The notes beneath the pieces were generated by a model. It had not been told where the DNA came from and made no database searches. It saw only the letters and a program-made list of their open reading frames with translations. Both the position numbers and the translations under genes were made by a program. A stretch of DNA of 64,000 bases from a virus, in the IMG/VR virus record IMGVR_UViG_3300021961_008712, positions 105,751-169,750 of that record; one strand, 5' to 3'. Positions 1-8,718 of this stretch are shown piece by piece (the first letter of the stretch is position 1; every line of letters begins with the position of its first letter).

Positions 1-516
1 GCCAACACATTAGATGAACTTGCTGATGTAAATGATTACAATGCATCTACTATTACTGACGGTTACAGGTTAGCATGGGATAGTGGTAGTCAAGAATGGG
101 CACCAGCACCTAGTAGTACGTTTAAAGGTACAACTCGATTATTTATTTCAACTACCAGAAGTAATAGTTCAACATTTTTCTTCAATTCAATTACCCGTAC
201 AGCAACCGATTCTCCATCACCAGTTGCAGATAGTGCTTTCTTACTTACATCAGCTTTACTTAGTAAAGTTACTATTTACTTAAGAAATGATGCCGCATCA
301 GCAAATGCATGTACAGTGGAGGTATTCAAGAATGCAGATGGAGCAGGTTTTGCATCTGCTTCATCAATTGCTACTGATTCAGGTACGTTAAATACCGATG
401 TAATAACTACATTTAGTTTTACTGGATTATCTTTAGCACAATTTGATTCTATACACATCAAAGTTACGCCTACTATAGCAGGTGGACAATACTACGGTAT
501 AGTAATTATTGAGTAA
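1..516 (+). CDS. 5'-partial virion/tail-fibre-like protein (C-terminal part)
   Basis: Frame 1 is open from base 1 to TAA at 516, longer than the track ORF 316..516. It begins ANTLDELADVND...DGYRLAWDSGSQEWAP, a repeat type typical of phage fibre proteins, and is Ser/Thr-rich. Confidence 0.6.
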   Translation, partial: ANTLDELADVNDYNASTITDGYRLAWDSGSQEWAPAPSSTFKGTTRLFISTTRSNSSTFFFNSITRTATDSPSPVADSAFLLTSALLSKVTIYLRNDAASANACTVEVFKNADGAGFASASSIATDSGTLNTDVITTFSFTGLSLAQFDSIHIKVTPTIAGGQYYGIVIIE

Positions 517-519
517 AAA

Positions 520-549
520 GTTGCATATGAAATAAAAAGTTCTTATATT
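520..549 (+). promoter_or_regulatory. Class I promoter GTTG-N16-TTCTTATATT for the que operon
   Basis: Member of a ~21-copy fixed-spacing motif found upstream of gene starts. Confidence 0.75.
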
Positions 550-567
550 ATTATAATAGAAGACAAC

Positions 568-595
568 AGTGTCGTAGCACCACTTTAAAAACACA
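568..595 (+). ncRNA. preQ1-I riboswitch-like aptamer, copy 1
   Basis: AGUG-UCGUAGCAC-CACU-UUAAAAACAC: short P1, UCG..G..C loop and A-rich tail, lying between a promoter and the first ATG of the queD/queE operon. Confidence 0.7.
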
Positions 596-598
596 TTT

Positions 599-850
599 AT
601 GAAAACAGAAGAACAAAGGTTATTAGACGAACTCTACGATGTAGAGACAAGAAGAGTATCTAAAATTAAAGATCTCTCCACCTCACCCACACTTGAAGAT
701 TATCCCGACGCAAAAAAACATCAAATTGTGTCGTTTATTAAATCAGGAATTCGTATATTAGGATATATACTTATTCCTTTTGATTTATTTTGGGCAGCAG
801 GAATATTAGTATTATCAGAAGTTGTTGGAATATTAGAAGAGTTGGTATGA
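599..850 (+). CDS. Hypothetical membrane protein, first gene of que operon
   Basis: ORF with a hydrophobic C-terminal half. Confidence 0.7.
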   Translation: MKTEEQRLLDELYDVETRRVSKIKDLSTSPTLEDYPDAKKHQIVSFIKSGIRILGYILIPFDLFWAAGILVLSEVVGILEELV

Positions 851-1011
851 TAGAGGTAGTTAAGCACACTTTAGGAATTTGCGGAGAGCATTGGCATCCT
901 AGTGCACTTACAGTATTAGCTAGCAGTCCATTATTTGTAGCTACAGTTAACTACATTAAATGTAAATGCGGCGGATTGTTTAATCATAAAAAAAGTTGTA
1001 ATAATGAGTAA
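847..1011 (+). CDS. Small hypothetical protein (Cys/His-rich)
   Basis: ATGA overlap with the upstream stop gives a start at 847 rather than 790. Confidence 0.55.
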   Translation: MIEVVKHTLGICGEHWHPSALTVLASSPLFVATVNYIKCKCGGLFNHKKSCNNE

Positions 1012-1474
1012 ATTTCAATCAACAAAAGTATTTGATGGATTTAGTACCTGCTTTAGACAATGGAAAGCAGAAGATACTCATTGTAGGTTTCTACATGGGT
1101 ATGGAGTTTCAATTAAAATTTGGTTCGAAGGTGAATTAGATGAAAGAAACTGGGTATGGGACTTTGGCGGTATGAAAAGAGCTAAAGGTAAAATAGACGG
1201 TTTATCTCCTAAAGAATGGTTTGAGTATATGTTTGACCATACTGTTATTGTAGCAGAAGATGATCCGCAATTAGGAAATTATTTCAGAAAAATGGACCGT
1301 AACGGTACAATCCAACTGCGTGAAGTACCTGCTACTGGAGCAGAGAAGTTTGCCGAATTTGTGTACTCAAAAGTTAATCCTTTTATTGAGGAAGAAACTA
1401 ACGGTAGAGTAACTATTACTAAAGTAGAATTCAGAGAACACGATAAAAATTCAGCTATTTATGTCCCTAGGTAG
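1004..1474 (+). CDS. queD: 6-carboxy-5,6,7,8-tetrahydropterin synthase (PTPS/QueD family)
   Basis: HCRFLHGY, DFGG, FDHT and E-F-A motifs. Adjacent to queE. Confidence 0.9.
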   Translation: MSKFQSTKVFDGFSTCFRQWKAEDTHCRFLHGYGVSIKIWFEGELDERNWVWDFGGMKRAKGKIDGLSPKEWFEYMFDHTVIVAEDDPQLGNYFRKMDRNGTIQLREVPATGAEKFAEFVYSKVNPFIEEETNGRVTITKVEFREHDKNSAIYVPR

Positions 1475-2237
1475 AATAGAAGATTATAATAAAGTACTAC
1501 CCATCGTTGAACTTTATACTGCAGTACAATCTGAAGGTTCTAGACAAGGTTATCCGACTATTGTCATAAGAACAACAGGATGTACTCATAGATGCTACTT
1601 TGGAGAAGGTGGCTGGTGTGATAGCTGGTATACTTCTATTCACCCAGAAAAAGGTAGATATACCTTTAATGATATCATAGATATGTACGATAAAAATCCT
1701 CATATCTCAGAAATGATGTTAACCGGTGGTTCTCCTTCAATGCACGGCAAATTAGTAAACGAATTAACACACCTAGCACATGAAAGAGGTATTTTTATCA
1801 CTATGGAGAACGAAGGTAGTCATTACCTTGAGACCGATTATCCTATTGATCTCCTGTCTATTAGCCCTAAGTTCTCTAATAGTGTTCCTATTATTGGCGT
1901 ATCCACACCTCAAGGTGGTATAGTAGATGATAGAATGGTTAAACAGCATAATAAGTATAGATTAAATTTAGACGCTATTAGAAAGTCAATTGCGTATCAT
2001 AAGGACTACCATATTAAACCGGTATTAGATAAAGACTTAACTATATACAGCGAGGTTAGGCAGTTTTTAGATAGCCTAAATATTCCTAATGAAAAAGTCT
2101 GGATGATGCCAGCTGGAGATACAAGAGTTGCATTATTTGAAACTTATCCTGTAGTTATGGATTTTTGTAGAGATGAAGGTTACAGATTTACAGGAAGAGC
2201 ACACATAATGGCATTTGATACACAACGAGAAGTATGA
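1461..2237 (+). CDS. queE: 7-carboxy-7-deazaguanine synthase (radical SAM)
   Basis: E..T.VQSEG, RTTGCTHRC...WCDS, LTGGSP and SISPK motifs. Confidence 0.92.
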   Translation: MSLGRIEDYNKVLPIVELYTAVQSEGSRQGYPTIVIRTTGCTHRCYFGEGGWCDSWYTSIHPEKGRYTFNDIIDMYDKNPHISEMMLTGGSPSMHGKLVNELTHLAHERGIFITMENEGSHYLETDYPIDLLSISPKFSNSVPIIGVSTPQGGIVDDRMVKQHNKYRLNLDAIRKSIAYHKDYHIKPVLDKDLTIYSEVRQFLDSLNIPNEKVWMMPAGDTRVALFETYPVVMDFCRDEGYRFTGRAHIMAFDTQREV

Positions 2238-2488
2238 GTTTTATTATAGGATCAAAATGTATTGGTACTAAAGATGGAGCCTGTATTGCAGTCTGTCCAG
2301 TAGACTGTATTGCAGAAGGAGAAGAATCTATGTACATTAATCCTGAAGTATGCATTGACTGTGGTGCATGTGTCCCGGAATGCCCTGTAGAAGCTATATT
2401 TGATACAGAAGAACAAGCAATCGCAGCCGGAGAATTAGAAGCAGTAAAAAAGAATTATCAATTTTATGGTTTAACATACAAACAATGA
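2234..2488 (+). CDS. fdx: Dicluster-type 4Fe-4S ferredoxin
   Basis: C...CIAVCPVDCI and CIDCGACVPECPVEAI. Confidence 0.92.
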   Translation: MSFIIGSKCIGTKDGACIAVCPVDCIAEGEESMYINPEVCIDCGACVPECPVEAIFDTEEQAIAAGELEAVKKNYQFYGLTYKQ

Positions 2489-2676
2489 CAGCAGAAGAAT
2501 TTGTTATTTGGTTTAGAGGTTTTGTCAACGGTGCTCACCACTTTAATATTACTCCACAGCAATGGGAGTACTTAAAGGAAAAACTAGATGAAGTAGAAAG
2601 TAAAAATACTCTAGCAGATTACACTGCCGGTAATTGGTTTATTAATAACACATGGGAGAAAACAAAATCTACTTAA
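2485..2676 (+). CDS. Hypothetical protein
   Basis: ORF overlapping both neighbours. Confidence 0.6.
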   Translation: MTAEEFVIWFRGFVNGAHHFNITPQQWEYLKEKLDEVESKNTLADYTAGNWFINNTWEKTKST

Positions 2677-3056
2677 CTTGGGAGGATGTCTATGAGCTAT
2701 TAGACAAAATTCATGAACAAACAAAAGGAGAAATCAAATATGTAACCGGTATTCCTAGAGGAGGAATTCTTTTAGCAGTACTTTATTCACATAGATTTAA
2801 TGTACAGTACTTTGAATTTAAAAGTAATCATTATCATGATTTGTTAATTATAGACGATATAGCTGATACAGGAGATACTTTTTTAAACTTAAAAGAAGAC
2901 ATAAAACTACCAAAAACAGCAGCACTTCATTATAAATCCACTTCTAAATTTAAACCTGATTTCTTCGGTAAGGAAGTACCAGGAGATTTCGGTTGGATAG
3001 TCTACCCTTGGGAAAAAAAAGATTCAAAACCAATTCAAGACTATTTGGATAATTGA
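2652..3056 (+). CDS. Type I phosphoribosyltransferase (xanthine/guanine PRT-like)
   Basis: GIPRGG, PRPP-binding LIIDDIADTGDT and C-terminal WIVYPWE. Confidence 0.88.
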   Translation: MGENKIYLTWEDVYELLDKIHEQTKGEIKYVTGIPRGGILLAVLYSHRFNVQYFEFKSNHYHDLLIIDDIADTGDTFLNLKEDIKLPKTAALHYKSTSKFKPDFFGKEVPGDFGWIVYPWEKKDSKPIQDYLDN

Positions 3057-3073
3057 GCAAAAATTCGTATATT
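3044..3073 (+). promoter_or_regulatory. Class I promoter TTTG-N16-TTCGTATATT for folE
   Basis: Fixed-spacing motif copy. Confidence 0.75.
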
Positions 3074-3084
3074 AAGATATAGAT

Positions 3085-3116
3085 AATGTGTCGCAGTACC
3101 ACTTTAAAAACAAAAA
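3085..3116 (+). ncRNA. preQ1-I riboswitch-like aptamer, copy 2
   Basis: AAUGUG-UCGCAGUAC-CACUUU-AAAAACAAAAA directly upstream of the folE ATG. The loop differs from the T. tengcongensis preQ1-I loop UCGCAGUAAC by one A. Confidence 0.72.
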
Positions 3117-3120
3117 ATTA

Positions 3121-3792
3121 ATGAATAACATTGAATTAGAATTAGTAAAAGAAGGATTTGCAAATGGTGTAGCCCCTGGGTTTCCTCTTACAGAAGTACA
3201 GAAAAGTGAAATGATTGAAGAAGCAGCATATGCTTATGGAAAGTTTCTAGATGCTTTAGGATGTGACTGGAGAAATGACCCTAACTCAGCTGATACTCCT
3301 CGTAGAGTAGCTAAAGCATATGTAAGAGATTTATGGAGAGGACGTTATGATGCAATGACTGAAATTACAGCATTCCCTTCTGATGGGTACAACGGTATCG
3401 TACAGGAGTCAAATATACCGGTGACGTCAATGTGTAGCCACCACCACCAAACAATAGGTGGTCGTGTGAGTATTGCCTATGTACCGTCTGAGAATGGTAA
3501 AGTAGTAGGTCTGTCTAAACTCAACCGTATCGTCGAACACTTTGGACGAAGAGGTGCTATACAAGAGCAACTTACTGTAGCCATTCATAATGCAATCGAT
3601 AAGATTTGTGAAGGTAACCTTGGAGTAGCTGTAATGATTGATGCAACTCATAACTGTGTAAGTTGTAGAGGAGTTAAGCACCAAGGAGCTTCAATGCAGA
3701 CAGCTAAACTATCAGGTTGCTTTCTTAACGAAGATTCTGCAAGAGCTGAGTTTTATAAAAACATAGAATTAGCAGGTAAATGTAGATATTAG
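3121..3792 (+). CDS. folE: GTP cyclohydrolase I
   Basis: TPRRVAK, SMCSHH, GLSKLNR, IQEQLT and HNCVSCRG. The ATG at 3121 is preferred over the GTG at 3088, which lies inside the aptamer. Confidence 0.95.
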   Translation: MNNIELELVKEGFANGVAPGFPLTEVQKSEMIEEAAYAYGKFLDALGCDWRNDPNSADTPRRVAKAYVRDLWRGRYDAMTEITAFPSDGYNGIVQESNIPVTSMCSHHHQTIGGRVSIAYVPSENGKVVGLSKLNRIVEHFGRRGAIQEQLTVAIHNAIDKICEGNLGVAVMIDATHNCVSCRGVKHQGASMQTAKLSGCFLNEDSARAEFYKNIELAGKCRY

Positions 3793-3801
3793 GAGTATAT
3801 T

Positions 3802-4527
3802 ATGTTTGAATGGATAAAAGAAAAATATGCGCACCTTGATAAAGACACTGTTCGCTTTAGAGCCGGAAGCCCAAACCCTATTATAAGGTTTGAAAATTTT
3901 CTTCCGGAAACAGAAGCATACAAACTCTATTATGAAAGCCAAAGTATACCAAATGTATACTGGAAAACTTTTGATAGAAATGGAAGTCATATGAAGGAGT
4001 TAAATAAAGTTGAACTTATGCCTATAGCATTCAATATTATTAACTACCTGAATAGCGGACCATTTTTAACTTACTTAGAGACATTAACAGGTATCGAAAG
4101 ACTTATCCCAGATCCCCATTTAATAGGAGCAGGATACAGTAAGAGCTTTAATGGTGATACCTTAAAGATACATACAGATTTTAACTGGAATAACGAATTA
4201 AGCCTTCATCGAGCATTAAGTTTAATAATCTATATTACACCAGAATGGAAGGCTGAATATGGAGGAGCATTGAGCTTTCTCGACAGAGATAGACAGCAAG
4301 AAATTTTTAAAGCTGATTGTTTATTTAATACAGCGTTAATTTGGAGACATGGTAAATATGCTTTTCATGGATACCCAGATCCAATTCAATGTCCATCTCA
4401 TTTGTCGAGAAATACTTTGAGACTGTTTTATTTTGTAAGTACCTCAGAACACAACCCAGATGATCCACCACACCGTAGTTTATACTGGTATGATGAAAAA
4501 TTAAATGAACCTATAGATTTAAAATAA
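3802..4527 (+). CDS. 2OG-Fe(II) oxygenase
   Basis: HTD...HG...R facial triad and W..EYGG motif. Confidence 0.85.
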   Translation: MFEWIKEKYAHLDKDTVRFRAGSPNPIIRFENFLPETEAYKLYYESQSIPNVYWKTFDRNGSHMKELNKVELMPIAFNIINYLNSGPFLTYLETLTGIERLIPDPHLIGAGYSKSFNGDTLKIHTDFNWNNELSLHRALSLIIYITPEWKAEYGGALSFLDRDRQQEIFKADCLFNTALIWRHGKYAFHGYPDPIQCPSHLSRNTLRLFYFVSTSEHNPDDPPHRSLYWYDEKLNEPIDLK

Positions 4528-4528
4528 A

Positions 4529-5698
4529 ATGATTTACGTAAATTTTGGAAAGAACTCGAGTGAAGACCATAAATGGTATTGGGCAGATAAAGGAGCTAAA
4601 GAATATACAGAATGGACCTCTGCTGACAAAAACCCTATTTTCTATTATGATAGACATGATTTAGCTATGAGAAATCTCGAGTTTAGAGACTTTGTTACAG
4701 AAGAAATGTGGGAACATTTTAGAACTAACGAAGAAGCTCTAATAGTAATTAATTTTGCTGATGATTATATTAACTCAGCAGACTTAGATAGATTTGCCTC
4801 TGATATCAAGCTTAGAAATGTAGATAGTTCTAGAGTTATTTTTGTATTGATGGATCAAAATTTCATTGAGTTTGTAGTTAATGGACTAGCAGCTAGAGGA
4901 ATAAATAATATTTCAGCTGATTACATTAATATTCTCATGAAAAGGGTACCTCCTAGGTATAATGATGAAGCAATAAAGACTCATAAATTCTCAATATTTA
5001 GTAGAAATTATTGGGATTGGAGGTTTGATATTTATTTAGAACTTCTTAAAAGAGGAGTATTAGCAAATACTAATTTCTCTTTTCATAATTACAATCCTTA
5101 TACAAATGAATTATACGATGAGGAAAGACTAAAAGCTGATGCGATTAAAAAGGGACACGTAATAACCCAAGAAGTAGAAGAATTTATTAAAGGTGTACCC
5201 TACGATTTGGGGAGCAGAAGTAACAAATTCTCTGATGTTATTTACGAAGCATTAAACACATCAGACTACCATATAGTTGTTGAATCTCATTTTGATCCTT
5301 TTTTAGGAATAAATTATGAGTTTGCTAAAAAAGACTATAATGAATTAACAATCTCTCCTGGATTTATCACAGAAAAAGTATGGAAACCTATTGCGTGTAA
5401 AAGACCGTTTTTTATTGCAGCAACTCCATTTATTTTGAGAGATTTGAAAAAGTTAGGATATAAAACTTTCGGAGAATTTATTGATGAATCCTATGATGAA
5501 ATCGTAGATGATAAACAAAGATTACTTGCTCTAACTTCTGAAATTGAACGCATAAATAATCTTCCAACCGAAGAGTATAATCAGCTTCTAGCTTCTTTGC
5601 AAAATATAGTAGAGTATAACCATAGTGTATATATTAACCAGTGGGAAAATGTAAATTTTACTAAGTACCCTTTTCTACATGGAATAGTTGTACTTTAA
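4529..5698 (+). CDS. Glycosyltransferase-like phage protein
   Basis: C-terminal ITEKVWKPI..KRPF..LKKLGYKTF..IDESYD motif typical of phage GT-B/fucosyltransferase-like proteins. Confidence 0.55.
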   Translation: MIYVNFGKNSSEDHKWYWADKGAKEYTEWTSADKNPIFYYDRHDLAMRNLEFRDFVTEEMWEHFRTNEEALIVINFADDYINSADLDRFASDIKLRNVDSSRVIFVLMDQNFIEFVVNGLAARGINNISADYINILMKRVPPRYNDEAIKTHKFSIFSRNYWDWRFDIYLELLKRGVLANTNFSFHNYNPYTNELYDEERLKADAIKKGHVITQEVEEFIKGVPYDLGSRSNKFSDVIYEALNTSDYHIVVESHFDPFLGINYEFAKKDYNELTISPGFITEKVWKPIACKRPFFIAATPFILRDLKKLGYKTFGEFIDESYDEIVDDKQRLLALTSEIERINNLPTEEYNQLLASLQNIVEYNHSVYINQWENVNFTKYPFLHGIVVL

Positions 5699-5716
5699 AA
5701 TTATTTTTATTATATT
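5687..5716 (+). promoter_or_regulatory. Class I promoter GTTG-N16-TTATTATATT
   Basis: Motif copy 7 nt upstream of ATG 5723. Confidence 0.6.
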
Positions 5717-5722
5717 ATAGAT

Positions 5723-6121
5723 ATGGAAATAGATATTAGACCTTGGGGTAGATATGAAGTGTTGCTAGATGCTGAATATACTAAAGTAAAGTTGATTACT
5801 GTAGAACCTCAAAAAAAACTATCGTACCAATCTCATGAAAAGAGACAGGAATATTGGACTGTTGTTCAAGGTACCTTAACTGTAATTCTTGACGATAAAA
5901 CTATTTCTGTACCTACCGGTGATTCTATTCACATTCCTTTAGGCTCTAAACATAGAGCTTGGAATAAGACAGAAACTCCTGTTCAATTTGTAGAAGTACA
6001 AACAGGAACTTATTTTGGAGAAGATGATATCGTAAGATATGAAGATGATTTTGGAAGAGCCGAGTTAGAACATTTAAGAGATGGAAATTATATTGGCGGA
6101 TTAACAATGCCTAAAAGATAA
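5723..6121 (+). CDS. Mannose-6-phosphate isomerase type II cupin domain
   Basis: RPWGRY, LSYQSH..RQEYW and EVQTG.YFGEDDIVRYED. Confidence 0.9.
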   Translation: MEIDIRPWGRYEVLLDAEYTKVKLITVEPQKKLSYQSHEKRQEYWTVVQGTLTVILDDKTISVPTGDSIHIPLGSKHRAWNKTETPVQFVEVQTGTYFGEDDIVRYEDDFGRAELEHLRDGNYIGGLTMPKR

Positions 6122-6125
6122 AAAA

Positions 6126-6659
6126 ATGGGTAAACAACTAACATTATTTACAGAAGAAGAAATGGGACCTTGTAGCAAGCATGATAACGAGTATGTACCC
6201 TTTGTTTCAGAAGTAGAAGAATTCAATGCCATATTTGGCAAACCTAATAACTATGAACCAACAATCCCAGCAAAAGCCGAGTGGGAGTTCGTATATAACT
6301 TTATACTCGAAGAATTGGAAGAATATAGACAAGCTTGCGAAGACGGAAACATCGTGGAAGTTTTGGATGCTTTGTGTGATATTACTTATGTTTCCCTTGG
6401 GAACGGTGTTATGTTACACGGCCTTAAGGATAAGATATGGCCAGCGTATCAAGAGGTTCAAGCGAGTAATCTTAGTAAAGCTTGCTCTACTGAAGAAGAA
6501 GCCGCACAGACTGTCACCGTACGAGCTAAAGAACAGGGTGAGCCTTGTCATTATGAAAAAGTTAATGGGAAGTTCATTGTCTACAGAACAAGAGATAGAA
6601 AAGTAATGAAATCAGTTAATTACTTTAGACCAGATTTAACTAAGTACTTTAATGGTTAA
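6126..6659 (+). CDS. MazG-like/PRA-PH nucleoside triphosphate pyrophosphohydrolase
   Basis: EELEE..EVLDALCDITYV and EVQASNLSK motifs. N-terminal QLTLF. Confidence 0.85.
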   Translation: MGKQLTLFTEEEMGPCSKHDNEYVPFVSEVEEFNAIFGKPNNYEPTIPAKAEWEFVYNFILEELEEYRQACEDGNIVEVLDALCDITYVSLGNGVMLHGLKDKIWPAYQEVQASNLSKACSTEEEAAQTVTVRAKEQGEPCHYEKVNGKFIVYRTRDRKVMKSVNYFRPDLTKYFNG

Positions 6660-6852
6660 TTTAGAAGATCATATAGTAGTAATTGAAGGTAAAAAGTACG
6701 TACCTTATGAACTTGCTGTAGAAGCTTATACTCAAAAGCATGAGTATGAAGAAAATCAAGCTAAATTTGATGCAGCAATGAAATTAATAGAGACCTCAGT
6801 TCAAGATCTTTCACAAGCTTTAAACATCAGTAAACTAACAGGTGAAGAATAA
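6652..6852 (+). CDS. Hypothetical protein
   Basis: ORF coupled to neighbours. Confidence 0.6.
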   Translation: MVNLEDHIVVIEGKKYVPYELAVEAYTQKHEYEENQAKFDAAMKLIETSVQDLSQALNISKLTGEE

Positions 6853-7393
6853 ACCTATATTAATTTTTGGAGATAGTTTTAGTTCCAACTGGGGCAAAGA
6901 TTCAAGAAGAAGTTGGGTAGATATTATTTCGAAGAAATTTGATGTTGTTAATGTCGCGGAAGCAGGAGTAGGAGAATATAAAATTTTTTCTCAAATAAAG
7001 TCGTTAGATCTGAATAATTTTTCGTATATTATAGGTAATCATACGTCACATTCTCGTGTGCATTCTAGACAGTCAATTCACAATACCGTAATACATGGTA
7101 ATTGTGATTTACTTTATCTAGACAGTATGCACTTAAAAGAAGCAAGATGGTTTTTTGAAAATGTGTATGATGATGATTATTTTAAATTTACTTATGAACT
7201 AATAAGGGATAAGATTAATAGTAAATTACAAGGTTATAGAAGGTTTATTTTTGACCCTTTTTATTCAGAATATAAAGACTCAGTAAGTTTTGTAAATAAG
7301 TGGAAATTTGATTCTAATAATAAAAATCACTTTGATGCAAAAACGAATATTGAGATAGCAGAATTAATAAAAAATAAAATAGTTTATGGTTAG
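6842..7393 (+). CDS. SGNH/GDSL hydrolase-like protein
   Basis: IFGDSFS, NVAEAG and C-terminal NH. Confidence 0.7.
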   Translation: MKNKPILIFGDSFSSNWGKDSRRSWVDIISKKFDVVNVAEAGVGEYKIFSQIKSLDLNNFSYIIGNHTSHSRVHSRQSIHNTVIHGNCDLLYLDSMHLKEARWFFENVYDDDYFKFTYELIRDKINSKLQGYRRFIFDPFYSEYKDSVSFVNKWKFDSNNKNHFDAKTNIEIAELIKNKIVYG

Positions 7394-8207
7394 AATAGCT
7401 CACGAGAGTCCTAAAAGCATCTTTGATACTGTACAGAAGTTTACAGATTACGATTATGCATTAGTTCATCTATTTGAAGAAGATGAAGAGTACTTAAATA
7501 TGTTTAAAAAAGCTGTAAGTAGAGGGAGAGAAGTAATTCTCGATAACTCTATTTTTGAGTTAGAAGAAGCTTTTGATGCAGATAGATTTGCATACTGGAT
7601 TAAAGAATTGAGACCTACTTGGTATATTGTTCCGGATGCATTAGAGGATTCTAAGCGAACTATGAATCAAATGGCTGAATGGAATATGAAATACTCAAAC
7701 GTTCCAGGTAAGAAAATTGGAGTTGTTCAGGGTAAGACATATGAGCAAATTAAAGCTTGCTACATCTTTATGGATGAAATCGCAAAGGTAGACATGATTG
7801 CTATCTCTTTTGACTATTCGTATTATACTGAATCTGTCCCTCATCCTAACAAATACGTAAGTTGGATGCTTGGGAGAGTTAAACTACTCGGAGACTTAAT
7901 GAGAGACGGTGTGATAAACGAGAAGAAGCCTCATCACCTATTAGGATGTGGATTACCTCAAGAATTCCAATACTATAAACACTCAGACTATAATTGGCTG
8001 TATTCCTTAGATACCTCTAATCCGGTAGTACACGGTATTAAGGGTATAGAGTATAAAGACCAAGGACTTTGGAGTAAAGAATCGCAGAAACTATTTGAGA
8101 TGATTAATAGTGAAGTAAGTATGGATCAACTTCATCTCATTAAGTATAATATTCAAAAATTTAGATGGTTTACAAATGGGCAGACGGACGTGGATAGCAT
8201 TTTTTAG
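7386..8207 (+). CDS. dpdA: DpdA-like 7-deazaguanine transglycosylase (TGT fold)
   Basis: ILDNS.FE, IVPD, GVVQG, HLLG and SLDTS match the TGT/DpdA barrel. Located inside the que cluster, with no TGT Zn-binding C-terminus. Confidence 0.75.
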   Translation: MVRIAHESPKSIFDTVQKFTDYDYALVHLFEEDEEYLNMFKKAVSRGREVILDNSIFELEEAFDADRFAYWIKELRPTWYIVPDALEDSKRTMNQMAEWNMKYSNVPGKKIGVVQGKTYEQIKACYIFMDEIAKVDMIAISFDYSYYTESVPHPNKYVSWMLGRVKLLGDLMRDGVINEKKPHHLLGCGLPQEFQYYKHSDYNWLYSLDTSNPVVHGIKGIEYKDQGLWSKESQKLFEMINSEVSMDQLHLIKYNIQKFRWFTNGQTDVDSIF

Positions 8208-8718
8208 TCAGACAGGCGGAGAAATTGCTGACCTATCAGAAAAGCTTGGATTTTGGCCTGATAGAATTATTACAAATGAAAGACCAGATCATCTCAGAAC
8301 TGTAGATCCTAGAATTGAGAAAAGAGGGTACTTTACTTTTAGTAATAAACCAGACCTAGAAGAATATGAAGATCTTCTGGTTTACTTTCCTGGAGCATTA
8401 ATAACTCTTCACGGTTGGTTGAGAATTATGCCTTCTGAAATCTGTGAGAAATTTAGCGTGTTTAATGGGCATCCTGGCTTAATAACATTATATCCAGAAC
8501 TTAAAGGTAAGGATCCTCAAATTAGAGCGTATGAAGGAAAGTATGAAAAAATAGGAGCTGTTTTACATAAAGTTACAGCAGGTGTAGATGAAGGTCCTAT
8601 AATTGCGGAAGATTATTTTCTTAACGAAGGGTTGGAGCTTAACGATATTTTTCGTAAATTAAAAGATATCAGTTTATTTATGTGGTTTGTATACTTAACA
8701 ACGGTTTTAAATGATTAA
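8176..8718 (+). CDS. PurN-like formyltransferase, probable preQ1 formyltransferase (DpdN-like)
   Basis: FSQTG, LHGWLRI, NGHPG and HKVTAGVDEGPII formyltransferase motifs. Overlaps dpdA. Confidence 0.8.
   Translation: MGRRTWIAFFSQTGGEIADLSEKLGFWPDRIITNERPDHLRTVDPRIEKRGYFTFSNKPDLEEYEDLLVYFPGALITLHGWLRIMPSEICEKFSVFNGHPGLITLYPELKGKDPQIRAYEGKYEKIGAVLHKVTAGVDEGPIIAEDYFLNEGLELNDIFRKLKDISLFMWFVYLTTVLND

Noticed and set aside
3088-3120. Track N-terminal extension of FolE from GTG 3088, and an 11-codon uORF (3086-3121) whose stop overlaps the folE ATG
   Set aside because: Both lie within the aptamer-like element. Copy 1 of the element has no equivalent ORF, so RNA structure explains the conservation better. 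The uORF is not fully excluded.
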